DNA from: Haliotis rubra
Lineage: Eukaryota
Assembly: GCF_003918875.1 (NCBI RefSeq)
Contig: NW_025767733.1
Span: 1-64,000, forward strand
Direction: 5' to 3'
Length of the DNA: 64,000 nt
A program made the position numbers and the translations under genes. Of the stretch, positions 1-12,300 are shown in pieces. A model generated the notes under the pieces. It ran no database searches and was not told where the DNA came from. It saw nothing but the letters and a program-made list of their open reading frames with translations. Positions within the stretch are counted from its first letter, which is position 1. Every line of letters starts with the position of its first letter.

Positions 1-594
1 GCTGACTGGCTATCGTTTCCTCCCTTTCTTCAATATTTAATATATTGAGTTGTATGTTTGAGTATTGTTTGTTACTATCAAAATTATATACATTCAGAGA
101 CTAAGCGTTAGTCTACTTTTCCCCCAAATTCCCACCCAACTGCAGAACACTATATTTGTAAATGTTAGTTTACATCGAAGTAATTAAATCTGGCTTGAGA
201 CTGCTTTAAAAAACCAGTTTACATATATCACACCGCGTCGGAGAAGAGGCAAAGCGAGACACATAGAGACGAGCCGTGAGGCTGTGCGTTCGTTTACCCC
301 AACATGCTTCACTGAACAAGCAACAGAATATAACCAATGCAGTATGCGTCTTTGTGAACGGGAACAAACTATGCTATAGGTTAACCTGACCTTACTGTGA
401 GTTTGTCGTAGGGGGAAGTAGGTCAGGTTGATTTATGTGTGTCTCTGTCCTCAGCGTAGTAGCTATTGTGATTGTTGTCGTTAGGGACTTGGCACGTCAC
501 GCGAGATTGACAAGTTCATTGACATCGGCAGCCTTTCAGTTCGCTCGTTCAGTGAACCGAGCAGTATGGCAGTTATCGTACGCCCTTGCATAGT

Positions 595-800
595 ATAATA
601 ATATGTGCATTATTACAACGCATCTATTCACGAAGTAGCATGCTCTGTGCGCTGCTCAGACAAGGTGAATGTTAGAGAAAAGTCTTTTGAAAGAGATAAG
701 TCTTTAGATTATATTTGAAGGAAGGAACGGTTTCAGCTATTTTGAGGGATGTTGGCAGGTCATTCCACAAGGCTGAAATGTTTCATGGAAGACATTACCA
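595..800 (-). mobile_element. L2/CR1-group LINE 3' fragment
   Basis: Minus strand reads SALWNDLPTSLKIAETVPSFKYNLKTYLFQKTFL*, a typical L2/CR1 ORF2 C-terminus, followed by a short 3' UTR and an (ATT)-like tail. Confidence 0.7.
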
Positions 801-1084
801 AATTTGACTTAGATCAGTGACAATATGTATGGCCGTTGCATTTCTTTGATTTTTATCATATATTCCCGTGTGTTTTTCAGGTGGACAATTTACATGCCTT
901 TGTGTTACTCTTGAGGCAGGACACGCTCACCGAAATGCAACGCCCAGTTTCATGTTAATTTTGATGTAGCGCGAATGAGTACACTCATACTATTCTCCTC
1001 AGATATATTATCAACTTAATTGTACTACTCCAGTAACTTTCAGGAGGAAATGTCTTGTCTGGACTATATATACTTTTATTTTAT

Positions 1085-1243
1085 GAGTGGGTGAGTTTTT
1101 AGCAGCTTTTAGCAATATTCTGGCAACATCACGGCGGGGGACACCAGAAATGTACTTCACACACTGAACCCATGTGGGGAATTACACCCGGGTCTTCGGC
1201 GTGACGAGCGAACGCTTTAAGCACTAGGTAAGCCCACCGCCCC
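1085..1243 (-). mobile_element. tRNA-derived SINE, family A (full length)
   Basis: Minus strand has an A-box-like tagtgcttaa, a ...cgtcacgccgaagacccgggt head and a gctaaaagc...(ACTC)n tail. Many near-identical copies in the window. Confidence 0.85.
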
Positions 1244-1363
1244 TGCTCAAGGGAAATACTGAAAAAAAGGAAATAGGATACACTGGTGGACGATCTGGTC
1301 CCTGTATTACGAAGCAATGCAATCACTACGGCGGCCGGGCTAGACTTACGATCGCTTTGTGGA

Positions 1364-1529
1364 CTGACTGACTGAGTTTGGTTTTACGCCGCTTTTAGCA
1401 ATATTCCAGCAACATCACGACGGGGGACACCAGAAATGGGCTTCACACATTGTACCCATGTGGGGATTCGAACCCGGGTCTTCGGCGTGACGAGCCAACG
1501 CTTTAACCACTAGGCTACCCCACCGCCTC
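1364..1529 (-). mobile_element. tRNA-derived SINE, family A, with 12-bp TSD
   Basis: A box tagcctagtggttaa, B box ggttcgaatcc. TSD tcgctttgtgga at 1352-1363 and 1530-1541. Confidence 0.92.
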
Positions 1530-1672
1530 TCGCTTTGTGGAAGGTGAATCGAAGGAAAGTGGGTTATTCTGGAATATAGCGACATACATGCACACACCTG
1601 TGTGACTCTTTGTACACAAAGTACATGGACTGGATTACCAGTTGCCGGGCTTTCATATTTTGTTTTTGAAAT

Positions 1673-1930
1673 CACGGTGGCTGAGTGGGTAAGATCGCAG
1701 AATTTGTGTAGTCACTATTAGGTGCCTTACTGGTGAGAGTGTGAAGGTGAATCCCTGTGCGTAATAGAATTTTCACTTTAGTAAGAAAGAATAATCCCAA
1801 CTATAACATTTGTGGCATTAGATCACTTTCTATATGGTAACGTGCATTTACAGATCGCATTTTGTCAGCTATTGGACAGACGTTCTCAACGTGTATTCAG
1901 AACTACAATCCGTTTGAGTAACGTAGCATC
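1673..1930 (+). mobile_element. Degenerate tRNA-like-headed repeat, family C
   Basis: A-box-like ggtggctgagtgggtaag. Body (attaggtgcc...tagaattt...ctttagtaagaaag...aatcccaa) matches the arms of the 17370-17600 palindrome. Confidence 0.55.
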
Positions 1931-2279
1931 ACAAGTGAACTTGTATGAGATGAATCAATCGCTCAACCAGTAGGATAAACAGTCACGTGACAAGTTTGCA
2001 CGTGTCTCACGCTTAAATGGCTGTCACCTGAGCTGTCGCTACACCCTTGTCACAAATCGTGATATAGCAAATGAAAACAATGATGGCTTGTTAAACGACT
2101 TTTTCTATTTTGTAGACAGAAATTATGACACAATTCTGCAGCGTTGGTGTGTTTTTCCTATTTACCTTTCCGTTGGTTTGAGTCATTTACGATTCTTTGT
2201 TTTTGAGTGAGAGTGCAATTCATTGGGGAGACTTTTACTCAAACGGACTGTATATCTGTCGTTTGTTCGTTTATCAGAA

Positions 2280-2460
2280 ACATTCCAACCATGACGGCGG
2301 TCTGTTAATATTCGAGTCTGGACCAGACAATCCAGTGACCAAGAGCATGAACATCGAATTACGCAACTGGGATACGATGACATGTGTCAAACAAGCCAGC
2401 GATCCACTTACGACAAGCATGTTTTGTTCAATTCTACTTTTTTACCCGGATCTTCACCGG
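2280..2460 (-). mobile_element. SINE-like family B fragment
   Basis: Matches the recurrent consensus gagtctggaccagacaatccagtga...gggatacgatgacatgtgtcaa...cttacgacaagcat. Confidence 0.75.
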
Positions 2461-2825
2461 TTATATCTGTTGTTAAACCAGCAGGCCATGGCAATATTGT
2501 GGTAAAACAGAAAAGCTCTCGATATGAATTAGTTACACTGTGATGTTAACAAAGCAAATAGTCATAGATATTTCATATGTTATTCCATTTCTGAATTCTC
2601 CTGAAGAGAAAAAATACAAACAAACAAAAATGTTGTTTTTGAATATTCCATAATTGTATCATGAAGATGCGTTAACTATTCTTTCTGTCGCACATTTCGA
2701 CCGATCATGTATTGGCAAGGCAACTGATGAGGTAGCATTGGTGTCATTGCTGCATTGGCAGCCACCTTGTGGAGCGGAGCTCTTTGAACGTCAACTCAGA
2801 CTTGCTGTGGATATCACCCATCCTA

Positions 2826-5800
2826 TCACTTTGGAGACTCTTCAATAGCCTCTTGAACTTCCTCAGACTTGTGAATATTTTGCATCTGTTGCGATTGTTT
2901 CCCAAAGATTCCCACTAAGGCACCAAAGAATGCCCCAAGCAGGAGAATAGTTCCTGCAAAACCAAAAACAGCTTTGTACGTTTCCAATCAAGTGGTCAAG
3001 AGAAACCATTTTTGAATCATTATCACTTCTAGGTTTGTTAGTTATTTGGTTTGGCACTATGTGACGTGGCTTTAGTTCCGCATTCAGATTGCATGCATAA
3101 TCAATGCCAGGGATTCTACAAAACCAACCAAAAACGAGAAACATACACAAATGTTTATATACACATGAAAAAAAAAAAAGCATTGCTTATGATTTTAATT
3201 CTCATTTTAAATTCAAATCGTAAGTATGTTTGTATGAGTATTTGCAACCATCGGGCACAACCATACATTGTTCTTAGATATGCACTTGCTACGATCAAAT
3301 ATGAACATCATAGATTTTAATTATTTCCTTTTCTATTGTTAAGGCAGTATATTAAATCTGGGAAAACTATCGGGTGTTGCCATACTTTTAAAGCTTCATG
3401 TTTTCAAGCATCGAAATACTTTATTTTGAATCACATATTTTAAATATATTTTGGAAATTACGTTATTTCTCTCAGTGTTCTAAGTGATTTATTGAATTTA
3501 CCTGCAAATACGAACGTAAAGTCATAACGCCTTGTCGCTGAATATATGAAACCTGAAATGGAGAAGTTTTCCAAAAGTTAATGCAAATGGGCAAAATGGC
3601 CATTCGTAACATAGGTTATCAGATAACAGCAGCTAATCAGCGTTTATGATACAATATCCACCTGGGTAAGGTCAACCTGAATCATCCACTTAGACTTGTG
3701 CTTTCACGACTGCCACGTGTTCTCTGAGTGTCACAAGATAAAATCAAATAAAAAGAATCATATTCTGTTTTCAGAGGTCTCTTAATGGTTGCAAAAAAAT
3801 GCGTATTCATTTCCATTTGATTTTTTTCAAATAAAATATAATATTGCGAGAAAGGTCAAACTTAAATGAAAGGAAAATACTAACTTGAAAGAGGAGGGCC
3901 AGCGAAGAAACCAATTCCACGAAAGAAGTTCCCGATGCCTGATCCAATAGCTAAATGCTTCAAGCCCATTAGTTCTATGGTTATTGGACTGATAAGAGTG
4001 TTAAGACCACCACTATACAGCCCATATGCAGCACTAAATGTCATCTGAAGAACGTAGGAGTTTGAGTAAAGAGGAAAACACAGTGTTAGGAGTCCAGAGA
4101 TTCCCAAAAGTCCCATGTGAAGTGTCACATAATCCACCGAGGCATCACTTCCAGCAAACCCTGTCAGAAGTCTAGAAATGACACTTCCCACTCCCATGAC
4201 CGTGAACAGACTAGCTGCTTCAGTTTCTGTACTGCCTTTATGTTCGGCATAGTTGGGAAGGTGGAAGAGACACGCGCCTTCCCCGAGTGCCCAGAACAGA
4301 AAACTAAGACAGTAGCTGATGAATCCATATTTGTTTAGTATAGTTATTCTCCTTATGCGTTTGAGGCAATTTCTGAAAGGGTTCGGCGATCCTTTCTCGT
4401 AACATGAACTACAGTGTGTGTTATTGTCTTTGGTCATCTTACCAGAATTGTTGGATGCACCTATGAAGCATTCTTCGTCATCAGTGGATGTCAAAGGGAG
4501 AAACTTCCCTTCTAACGTGTTACCTTTATGTTTCGATTTAATGTGGTTTTCCTGATGATTCATGGAATGTTGTGCAGTCCCACCACTACAATTGTCAGTC
4601 ACCAGTGGTTCTACTGCAGACATAAATTCTACACTGTCGACAGAACATTCTTCTCTTGATATTGCTGTATGTTCGAAAGATGTTTCTGAAATGCATGTGC
4701 CCGCTTGATGGTTGGTGTCATCTGTCATTTTCTTTCTGGTGCTTGGGACGGGTCTCAGGAGGCAGGCTGCAACACACATATTGGAGGCGATGGCGCCCAA
4801 GATAAGAAGACAGCCACTGAGACTGTACTCCTGGATCAGCATCTGACTTAGAGGACCTCCAGTAAACATGCCCATACCAGCACCTGATACAGTCACACCA
4901 AACGCCAGACTTCGTTTTTTGACAAAATAATGGCCAGGAGCTACACCCGAGGAATTCAGTCCCAGTCCAACTCCGAACCCTGCCAATTTATAGGACAATG
5001 AATTACGAACAGACGGAATGAACGAGTCAACTAACAACCGAATACAGATTGAGGTAAAACAGTAGTTGTTCTTTTTGTGTACTTTTTCTGGCATTATAAT
5101 GAAATTCTTTAGCACTTTGTTAAATTAATGGATAATAACAAAACGATACATCGATTACCTATGCATATGTCAAATGTTGTTGCGTAAAATGTACTTAATT
5201 AACGTAGTATGGTAATAAGTAGCTCTGCTGTACTTAAGACGATGGAACGTTCATCTTTGTATACCTTTGCCGAAGCTTCATGTGTAACAATCTGTGACCC
5301 TTCAACGTACTTTTAGCCCCATAATTACTGAAGCGACAACTTGCTTTCCAAGAAATTCATTACTGACTATACATCTCGTGATCACCTCCAATAACTCCAT
5401 ATGTTATGATGAGTCCGGTGACGTCATGAACAAAGGATGCTGCAGCGAGTCCCATTAGGATGAGTACTCCTCCCCCCGAAACAGGCTAACCTGTAGCCCA
5501 GTTTCTTGGTGATCAGACCCGCCAAAGGACCTGGAGAATAGTTCACAGTGAATGTATGGTTTTTGTTTGAATGTTTTTTCTCTTGGTTCGTTTTCACCCC
5601 GTTGCGTAAGAAGTGTTGCTCGTAATAGTTGATAGATGTCATCGTATACCAACTCCGAACATCGATGCTTATAATGTCAATCACTAGATTGCTTGTTCCA
5701 GACTTGGTTATTTTGATTATACTATCTTCATTAGCCAGTGATGAGAGGCGTTAAACAACAAAGAAACAAAGAGTGCTTACTCACATAAGCCACAGAAATA

Positions 5801-6480
5801 CTGGGCAAGGTGAATTGTGATTATAGAGTTACAGTTGTAATCGGAAATTAATTGCGAATATAAGTAAACTTTCAACGAAAATGTCGAAAATGATTTCTTA
5901 ATAATAAAGGAGGGATAACTGCAGTGTATCTAAAAAAAAAGAGTTAATAAAATGCATTCCATGTACAATGGAGTGGGTGACGAATTCAAAGACACATCAA
6001 CAGTACTTAGTGAGTGAGTGAGTTTAGTTTTACGCCGCTTTTAGCAATATTCCAGCATTATCACTACGTGGACACCAGAAGTGTATCTATGTGGGGAATC
6101 AACCCGGGCCTTCGGCGTGACTAGCGAACTAGAAGAAGTTAATTCGAATCATTTCGTATCATCAAACTAACTTCACTATCTTTAAGAACCTACAGCGGGC
6201 GGAGATGACCTTGTATAAAATGCATTTAGGTCCACAAGGAAGTTAGACCTACAGTGTATTATGAAAGTATCTTATTAATCATACCCATGAAGGTGAAAGT
6301 CCCTAGCATTGTCGAGCCAACCCATGACGTCCGCGAGAGGTCGCTGTCAACCTCCTCCAAGATGGCGGTATTGATGACCCCAGTCGAATACACCATCATC
6401 CCACAGATGAACATCGCACAGAATGAGGCGAACAGAACGACCCAGGCATATCCACGGTCTACATCATGTGTTGGCTTCAT
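2826..6480 (-). CDS. SLC16: SLC16/monocarboxylate transporter (MFS) family, paralog 1; 5 coding exons, one +1 frameshift (assembly error or pseudogene)
   Basis: Exons 6285-6480, 5386-5530, 3885-4979, 3502-3552, 2826-2953, all GT-AG and phase-compatible. N-terminal DRGYAWVVLFASF and YFxKKRSLAFG motifs match SLC16 signatures. Exon 2 is 145 nt versus 144 in paralog 2 because of an extra G in the run at 5472-5477. About 537 aa if corrected. Confidence 0.9.
6009..6130 (-). mobile_element. SINE family A, partial (intron of MCT paralog 1)
   Basis: (GTGA)n-gtttagttttacgccgcttttagcaatattccagc tail and cttcggcgtgac head segment. Confidence 0.8.
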
Positions 6481-7056
6481 TCTGACAAGTGAAAGCGGGA
6501 AAACATTTCAAGACGTTTGCATACACAACTGCATTTTAGTTTAATAGTTTAAAATACCATGCTATCACGCCCTTCAGTCCACTCAGTAAACACTAGACGT
6601 ATATGTGGGAAGAAAACTTGTGAACTAAAATATACTAATTTGCAAAAGGTATACACAGCCTGCCCAAACAACAGACACCAGACTGTTACGTGGTCATTGT
6701 AAAACCTGTGATTCATGGCTTCACCGTGTTTTTCTACATTATTTCTCATGTGCAATGTGACCACCATTGCCTCCTACATACGAGATACTAAAACGACAAT
6801 TCTCCTTTGGATAATCCTATAGAGTCACTAATTAAAGGAGATGCATGTCCAAGCGTTATTCAAAATAGAAGATAGTACATACGTAGACGATACTTTTATC
6901 TATCTTGAAGATTATTTCCTTTGTGTGAAAGATACTCTCTTCTTCGGAGAAGATACTTTCATGTCCTTAATATATGACATTATAATGGTGACGTTACTGA
7001 GACTTACGATTCTAGTTGGGTATAGTTTAAGCATGCGTTAGATATAGATTTTTCAA

Positions 7057-7058
<2 letters not shown>

Positions 7059-7095
<37 letters not shown>

Positions 7096-7116
7096 CGTGT
7101 GTGTGCGTGTGTGTGT
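7059..7116. repeat. (GT)n microsatellite
   Basis: Directly visible. Confidence 0.95.
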
Positions 7117-9378
7117 AAGGAGAGAGTTTCATGGTTTTCATTTGGCCTTTTCTGTATTTTATTTTACAATTATAATCGTTTCAAAGTATCAGCGTTATGG
7201 TGGAAAAAGCCGAGCCCAGATAAATTGATCTAAGTACATGTGAGTATCATATATGCATAGAGAAATATCGTGTACATAGTTGAAAGTATCATCTACACAG
7301 ATGCAGTATTTTCCCGTGGATAAAAGTATCTCCTAAGTAGATGTTAGTACCGTTCACGTAGATGTAAGTGGATGTATATGTCGATATACAGTGGTATTAA
7401 TGTGCTTCCGTACACTCTCGATATATTCGGAGACAATAACAAAGTCTATTTCACCTAAATCCACTGCGTTCTATCTCGCCAATACGATTATTGAGATTCA
7501 TAAACCATGTCGCCATACACACTATATTTCACTATTGTCGACACATACACATTCAGAGTCAGACACTATCCCGCCAGGTAGATGCTATAATCCCCCAGCC
7601 TGAGACCTCTGTTTACAGAGACTCAACCACTATGATGCAGGGACGGATAATACGATGTGCCGTTGAGACTGACATCCAATGATCGAGGGAAAAATACCAG
7701 CGCCTTGAGCATGCACTAGTTGCCTGGATATGTGCGCTTTATAAATATCCTACAATCATAAAATAAAAAAAATAACATATATGCACATAGAACATCCTTA
7801 TTACAATATGAACGAAGTTTTCTGCTTGGTAACGGTGTCAGAACCAACACCAAAACGTCCCACCTATTGCAATGAGGTTATGCTACCGTACATCTAATAC
7901 TTTCTTGTACTCCTACTTCTAAATGCCTCTCAAAGAAGTCACTACACTGAAAAAGTACGAACTTTGCCACCTGACGTAGGTCCCTTCTCAGTAGCAGCTG
8001 CCGTCTCGCCCCCTACCCACTATTCACCTGCATTGGAAACTGACTCACCTCCGATTCAATCTCGTTCTCCCCCGTGCACATTGACATTCAACAATAACGT
8101 CCCTTCACAGATAGTCAGCCGCTGTCTTGTCGACGAACACACGCCTGCTACTCAATACACTACACCTTGTGGATCCCCTTGGGTGATTCCATGTTATTTA
8201 TGTAGTCATCCATTTGAACACCACATCTCTGTTTCAGATAACAACAAACAAATCGTGTGTACATTCGAATATCATAACTAAATCTTGCGATTCAACAAAC
8301 ATCTTCATCGTGTGAAATGTGAAGCTAAAAGTATAGACCAACCTTTAGCAGTGACCCACTTGTCTTTCAACCATGACGTTGTGAACACGCCAGTCCTACA
8401 CATTCCATGTGACACAGCTAAGACTTCCACCCGATTTATCCTCGCCGACTGGGTATCCACCCGATTTATCCTCGCCGCCTCGGTATTCTGGACTTCTGGC
8501 AAGTCTTCACATGTATTATGATTTATCCATAAGTATTCACGAGCCCAAGTGTCGGTTTAATAAACTAACTACACCTCTACTGTATGTATGGCATTCATTG
8601 CAAACAAATGACTGGCGTCATCGGTAAATCGAGACTTGGTATTATTAGACATTGACGTGGATATGTTTACGCTTCAATGCCCTTTATTCCAGGTTCCATG
8701 GTCTGTTGGTAGGGTAGCCCGATGGTTACAGCGTTCGCTTGTCTGATCGTTTAAGACCCGGGTTCGATTCCCTACATGGATACATTCCAGCTGTGTGAAA
8801 CCCATATCTGGTGTACTCGAACGCTCAGTCCAGTGATTGTGCCTGTGAGAGGTGAATGGAACAAAGGAAACAATTGACACACAGGAATCGTTTCTTTCTT
8901 TTCATTGTTTAATCATCAATATTCCCGCTTCAATGCGCTCTCTCCAGCTTCAGAGATCGTGTTTGTAAGAGGTGATCTGCTCTGTGAACAAAGGAAACAC
9001 TTCTTAACGTATAACATAGGATTCCCTGTATGGACTACCTTGAAAACTTTAACGTATCCTCTTTTTGGAACAACATACAAACATTGATTGTTACGCTAAA
9101 GAGTAATATTTCGCTTTGTATTCCATTATTATTATTATCTGATTTCTTTTGTAGAGAAAAGAAACAACGTGATTTGAGGTCATTTCATAATTGTTTTATA
9201 AATTGAATTGTTAACTGTTAATCATGTCATACATTTCGACCTACGGTGTCCTTGCTAGGTAAAGGCATTGGTAGTAGGGGTTGTCATGGAGGAGCAGCCT
9301 CTCGACTGTCACTTCCTTGAACGTCAGCTCATATGTTGTGGCAATCCTTGTCAATCCTTTCAAAGACACATCCACAGC

Positions 9379-12300
9379 CTATTTTACTTCATGTGGTGCC
9401 TGAACACCTTGCATCTGTTGCCTGTGCTTCCCAAATATTGCCACAAGGGCACCAAAGAATGCCGCAAGTAGCAGAAGTAATCCTAAAAAACAACAGTCAG
9501 CTTTGTACATGTATAATCAAGTTGAAAATGATACATAAAATACCTACCATTTCATTGCCCTAAAATTCGTTTGAATAATCATAGCTGTTTGGTTGGCAGT
9601 TCAAGGAAGTGGTTTGTGTGAAAAACATTATTCATGTCGCACGAACAGTTAATAACAATTTTAAGATCTTGAATACCATGTTATAGTGAAAAGAAAATCT
9701 CAAAACACTGTCATAATATTTTAAGTGTAATTATCTTTGTGCAAGTTAACAGGCCATACGTTAACATATTCCAAACCATGAGACTCACACGAAACAGTAT
9801 ATATATTGGAATTGTCACGATGCTTTTATAAATGTATTTCAACTTGCTTCTTGCAAATAGATAATGAGTCTACCAAATTAAAATTAGCCCATCCTAGTTA
9901 AGCTCAAATATAGCATATCTAACTACTTGTTCAGACACCGATAGCTGCCGCATGAACTACAAATAGGCTGGAACAAACAGCACCATTTTCTGGCACATGA
10001 ATGAACAAGGGACAACAACAACAATATTCCAGCTTTATGGCGGCGGTCTGTAAATAGTGAGTTAGTGAGTTTAGTTATACGCCCACACAGCAATATTCCA
10101 GCTTTATGACGGCGGTCTGTAAATAACCAAGTCTGGACCAGACCATCGAGTGATCAACAGCATAAGCATCGATCTGCGCAATTGGAAACCGATGACATGT
10201 GTCAACCAAGTCAGCAAGCCTGACCCCCGATCCCGTCCGTCGCCTCTTACGACAAGCATGGGTTACTGAAGATCAATATTCTGTAAATAATCGAGTCTGG
10301 ACCAGTGGTTGACACCATGAGCATCTATCTACGCAAATGGGATACTATGATCCAGCGATTCTGATCACCCGCTCCCGTAAATCCGCTCTTACGACAAGCA
10401 TGGGGTGCTGGATGTTAGGATCTTGATTTGTATGTGTTTAATGAAGTGGACAAAGGAAGACTGAACTTTGACAGACCTACCTCGTTTTCGTGGAAGCTAC
10501 ATGTATTTGGTTCCAGGATATGATGTACATGTAAGTTGTGATCTGCACGTACATGAACTAACAAGGGAGGACTGTTATTCACTAAATTTCCAAAAGTACC
10601 ATAAACTGCTGCCAACAGCTTTCAATTCTCCCAAACTTTCAACACCTCCCTAAACTGAAGGACAACGTTCCAGATATTGTGAAGCCTGGGAATATCATCT
10701 CTCGAAGCTTTCTAAACATAGTATTATAAATTCCTTGTTTTCTTAATAGATTTTAAAAACTGTTTGGAAAGAACTTTATGTCTTTAGTGTATTGATCTCA
10801 CCTGCAAATACGAACGTGAAGTCGTAACACCTTGTCGCTGAATATATGAAACCTGAAATACAGAATTTATTCGAAAGATAGTGCCAATCGAAATGGTTAT
10901 TCATTTTGGAAAAAATGCGTTCATAACAACATATCCTCTGGTAACCGATCAGCTATTTTTCAGAGGAAGTCCCCACGTTATCATTACTCGTTTATGACTG
11001 CCGTTCGTTTTCCTACCTTGAGTAACAAATTGAAAACATATTCAAAGTGAAATTTAACATTCGAAATATATAGGTTATTATTAAAGACATTTCTCAATAT
11101 TTAGAGTACTCTTCTTTGCAAGAATTATTGCAAAGAATTATCAAGAATTCATAAAACATACAATTAGCGAGAAATTTAACGGTATACCAACTTGCAATAG
11201 GAGGGCCAGCGAAGAAACCAATTCCACAAAAGAAGTTTTCGATCCCTACTCCAACAGCTAAATGCTTCAAACCTACAAGCTCTATCGTTATTGGGCTGAC
11301 AAGAGAGTTAGGGCCGCCACTATACATCCCATATGCAGCACTAAATGTCATCTGAAGAACGTAGGAGTTTGAGAAAAGTGGAAAACACAGTGTTAGGAGT
11401 CCAGTGATTCCCAGAAGTCCCATGTGAAGTGTCATGTAATCCACCGAGACATCATTTCCTGCAAACCCTGTCAGGAGTCTTGAACTAAGACTTGTCACTC
11501 CCATGACCGTAAAAAGACTAGCTGCTTGAGTTTCTGTACTGCCTTTATGTTCGGCATAGTTGGGAAGGTGGAAGAGACACGCTCCTTCCCCGAGTGCCCA
11601 GAACAGATAACTGACACAATAGCTCATGAAACCATATTTGTTTAGTAAAGTTATTCTTCTAATCCGTTTGAGGCAAATTCGGAAAGGATCAGGTGATTTT
11701 TCCTCATAAACCGAACTATTGTGTGAACGATATTCTTTGGATTCCATGCCCATGTAGTTACGCGGGTCAAGGAAGCCTTCATCCTCATTACTTGAAGTGA
11801 ACAGCTCATTCCGATGTAACACATTTACATTATGTCCAACTCTGATTTGTTTTTCCCGATAGTTCGTGGAATGTTGAACTGCACCACCACTATTACTACA
11901 ATTGTCCAACATCAATGGTTTTATTACAGATGCGACACTATCAACACTGTCGACACTATCAACACTGTCGACACTATCAACAGGCATTTTTGCCTTTGAT
12001 ATAGCTGACTCGTTGAAGAATGTTTCTGATATGCCAGTGTCCGCTTCATGTTTGGTTTCTATGATTATCTCCTGCTTGGTGCTTGGTGCGGGTCTGAGGA
12101 GGCAGGCTGCAACACACATATTGGAGGCGATGGCGCCTAAGATGAGAAGACAGCCACTTAAACCGTACTCCTCGACCAGTATCTGACATAGAGGACCTCC
12201 TGCAAACATGCCCATACCAGCACCTGATACAGTCACGCCAAACGCCAGACCTCGTTTTTTGATAAAGTAATGGCCAGGAGCTACGCCAGCGGAATTCAGC

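Noticed and set aside
256-555. Nested short inverted repeats, including a 12-bp stem at about 381-431, as a pre-miRNA or structured RNA
   Set aside because: The stem is too short and interrupted, with no supporting motif; probably a repeat remnant near the window edge.
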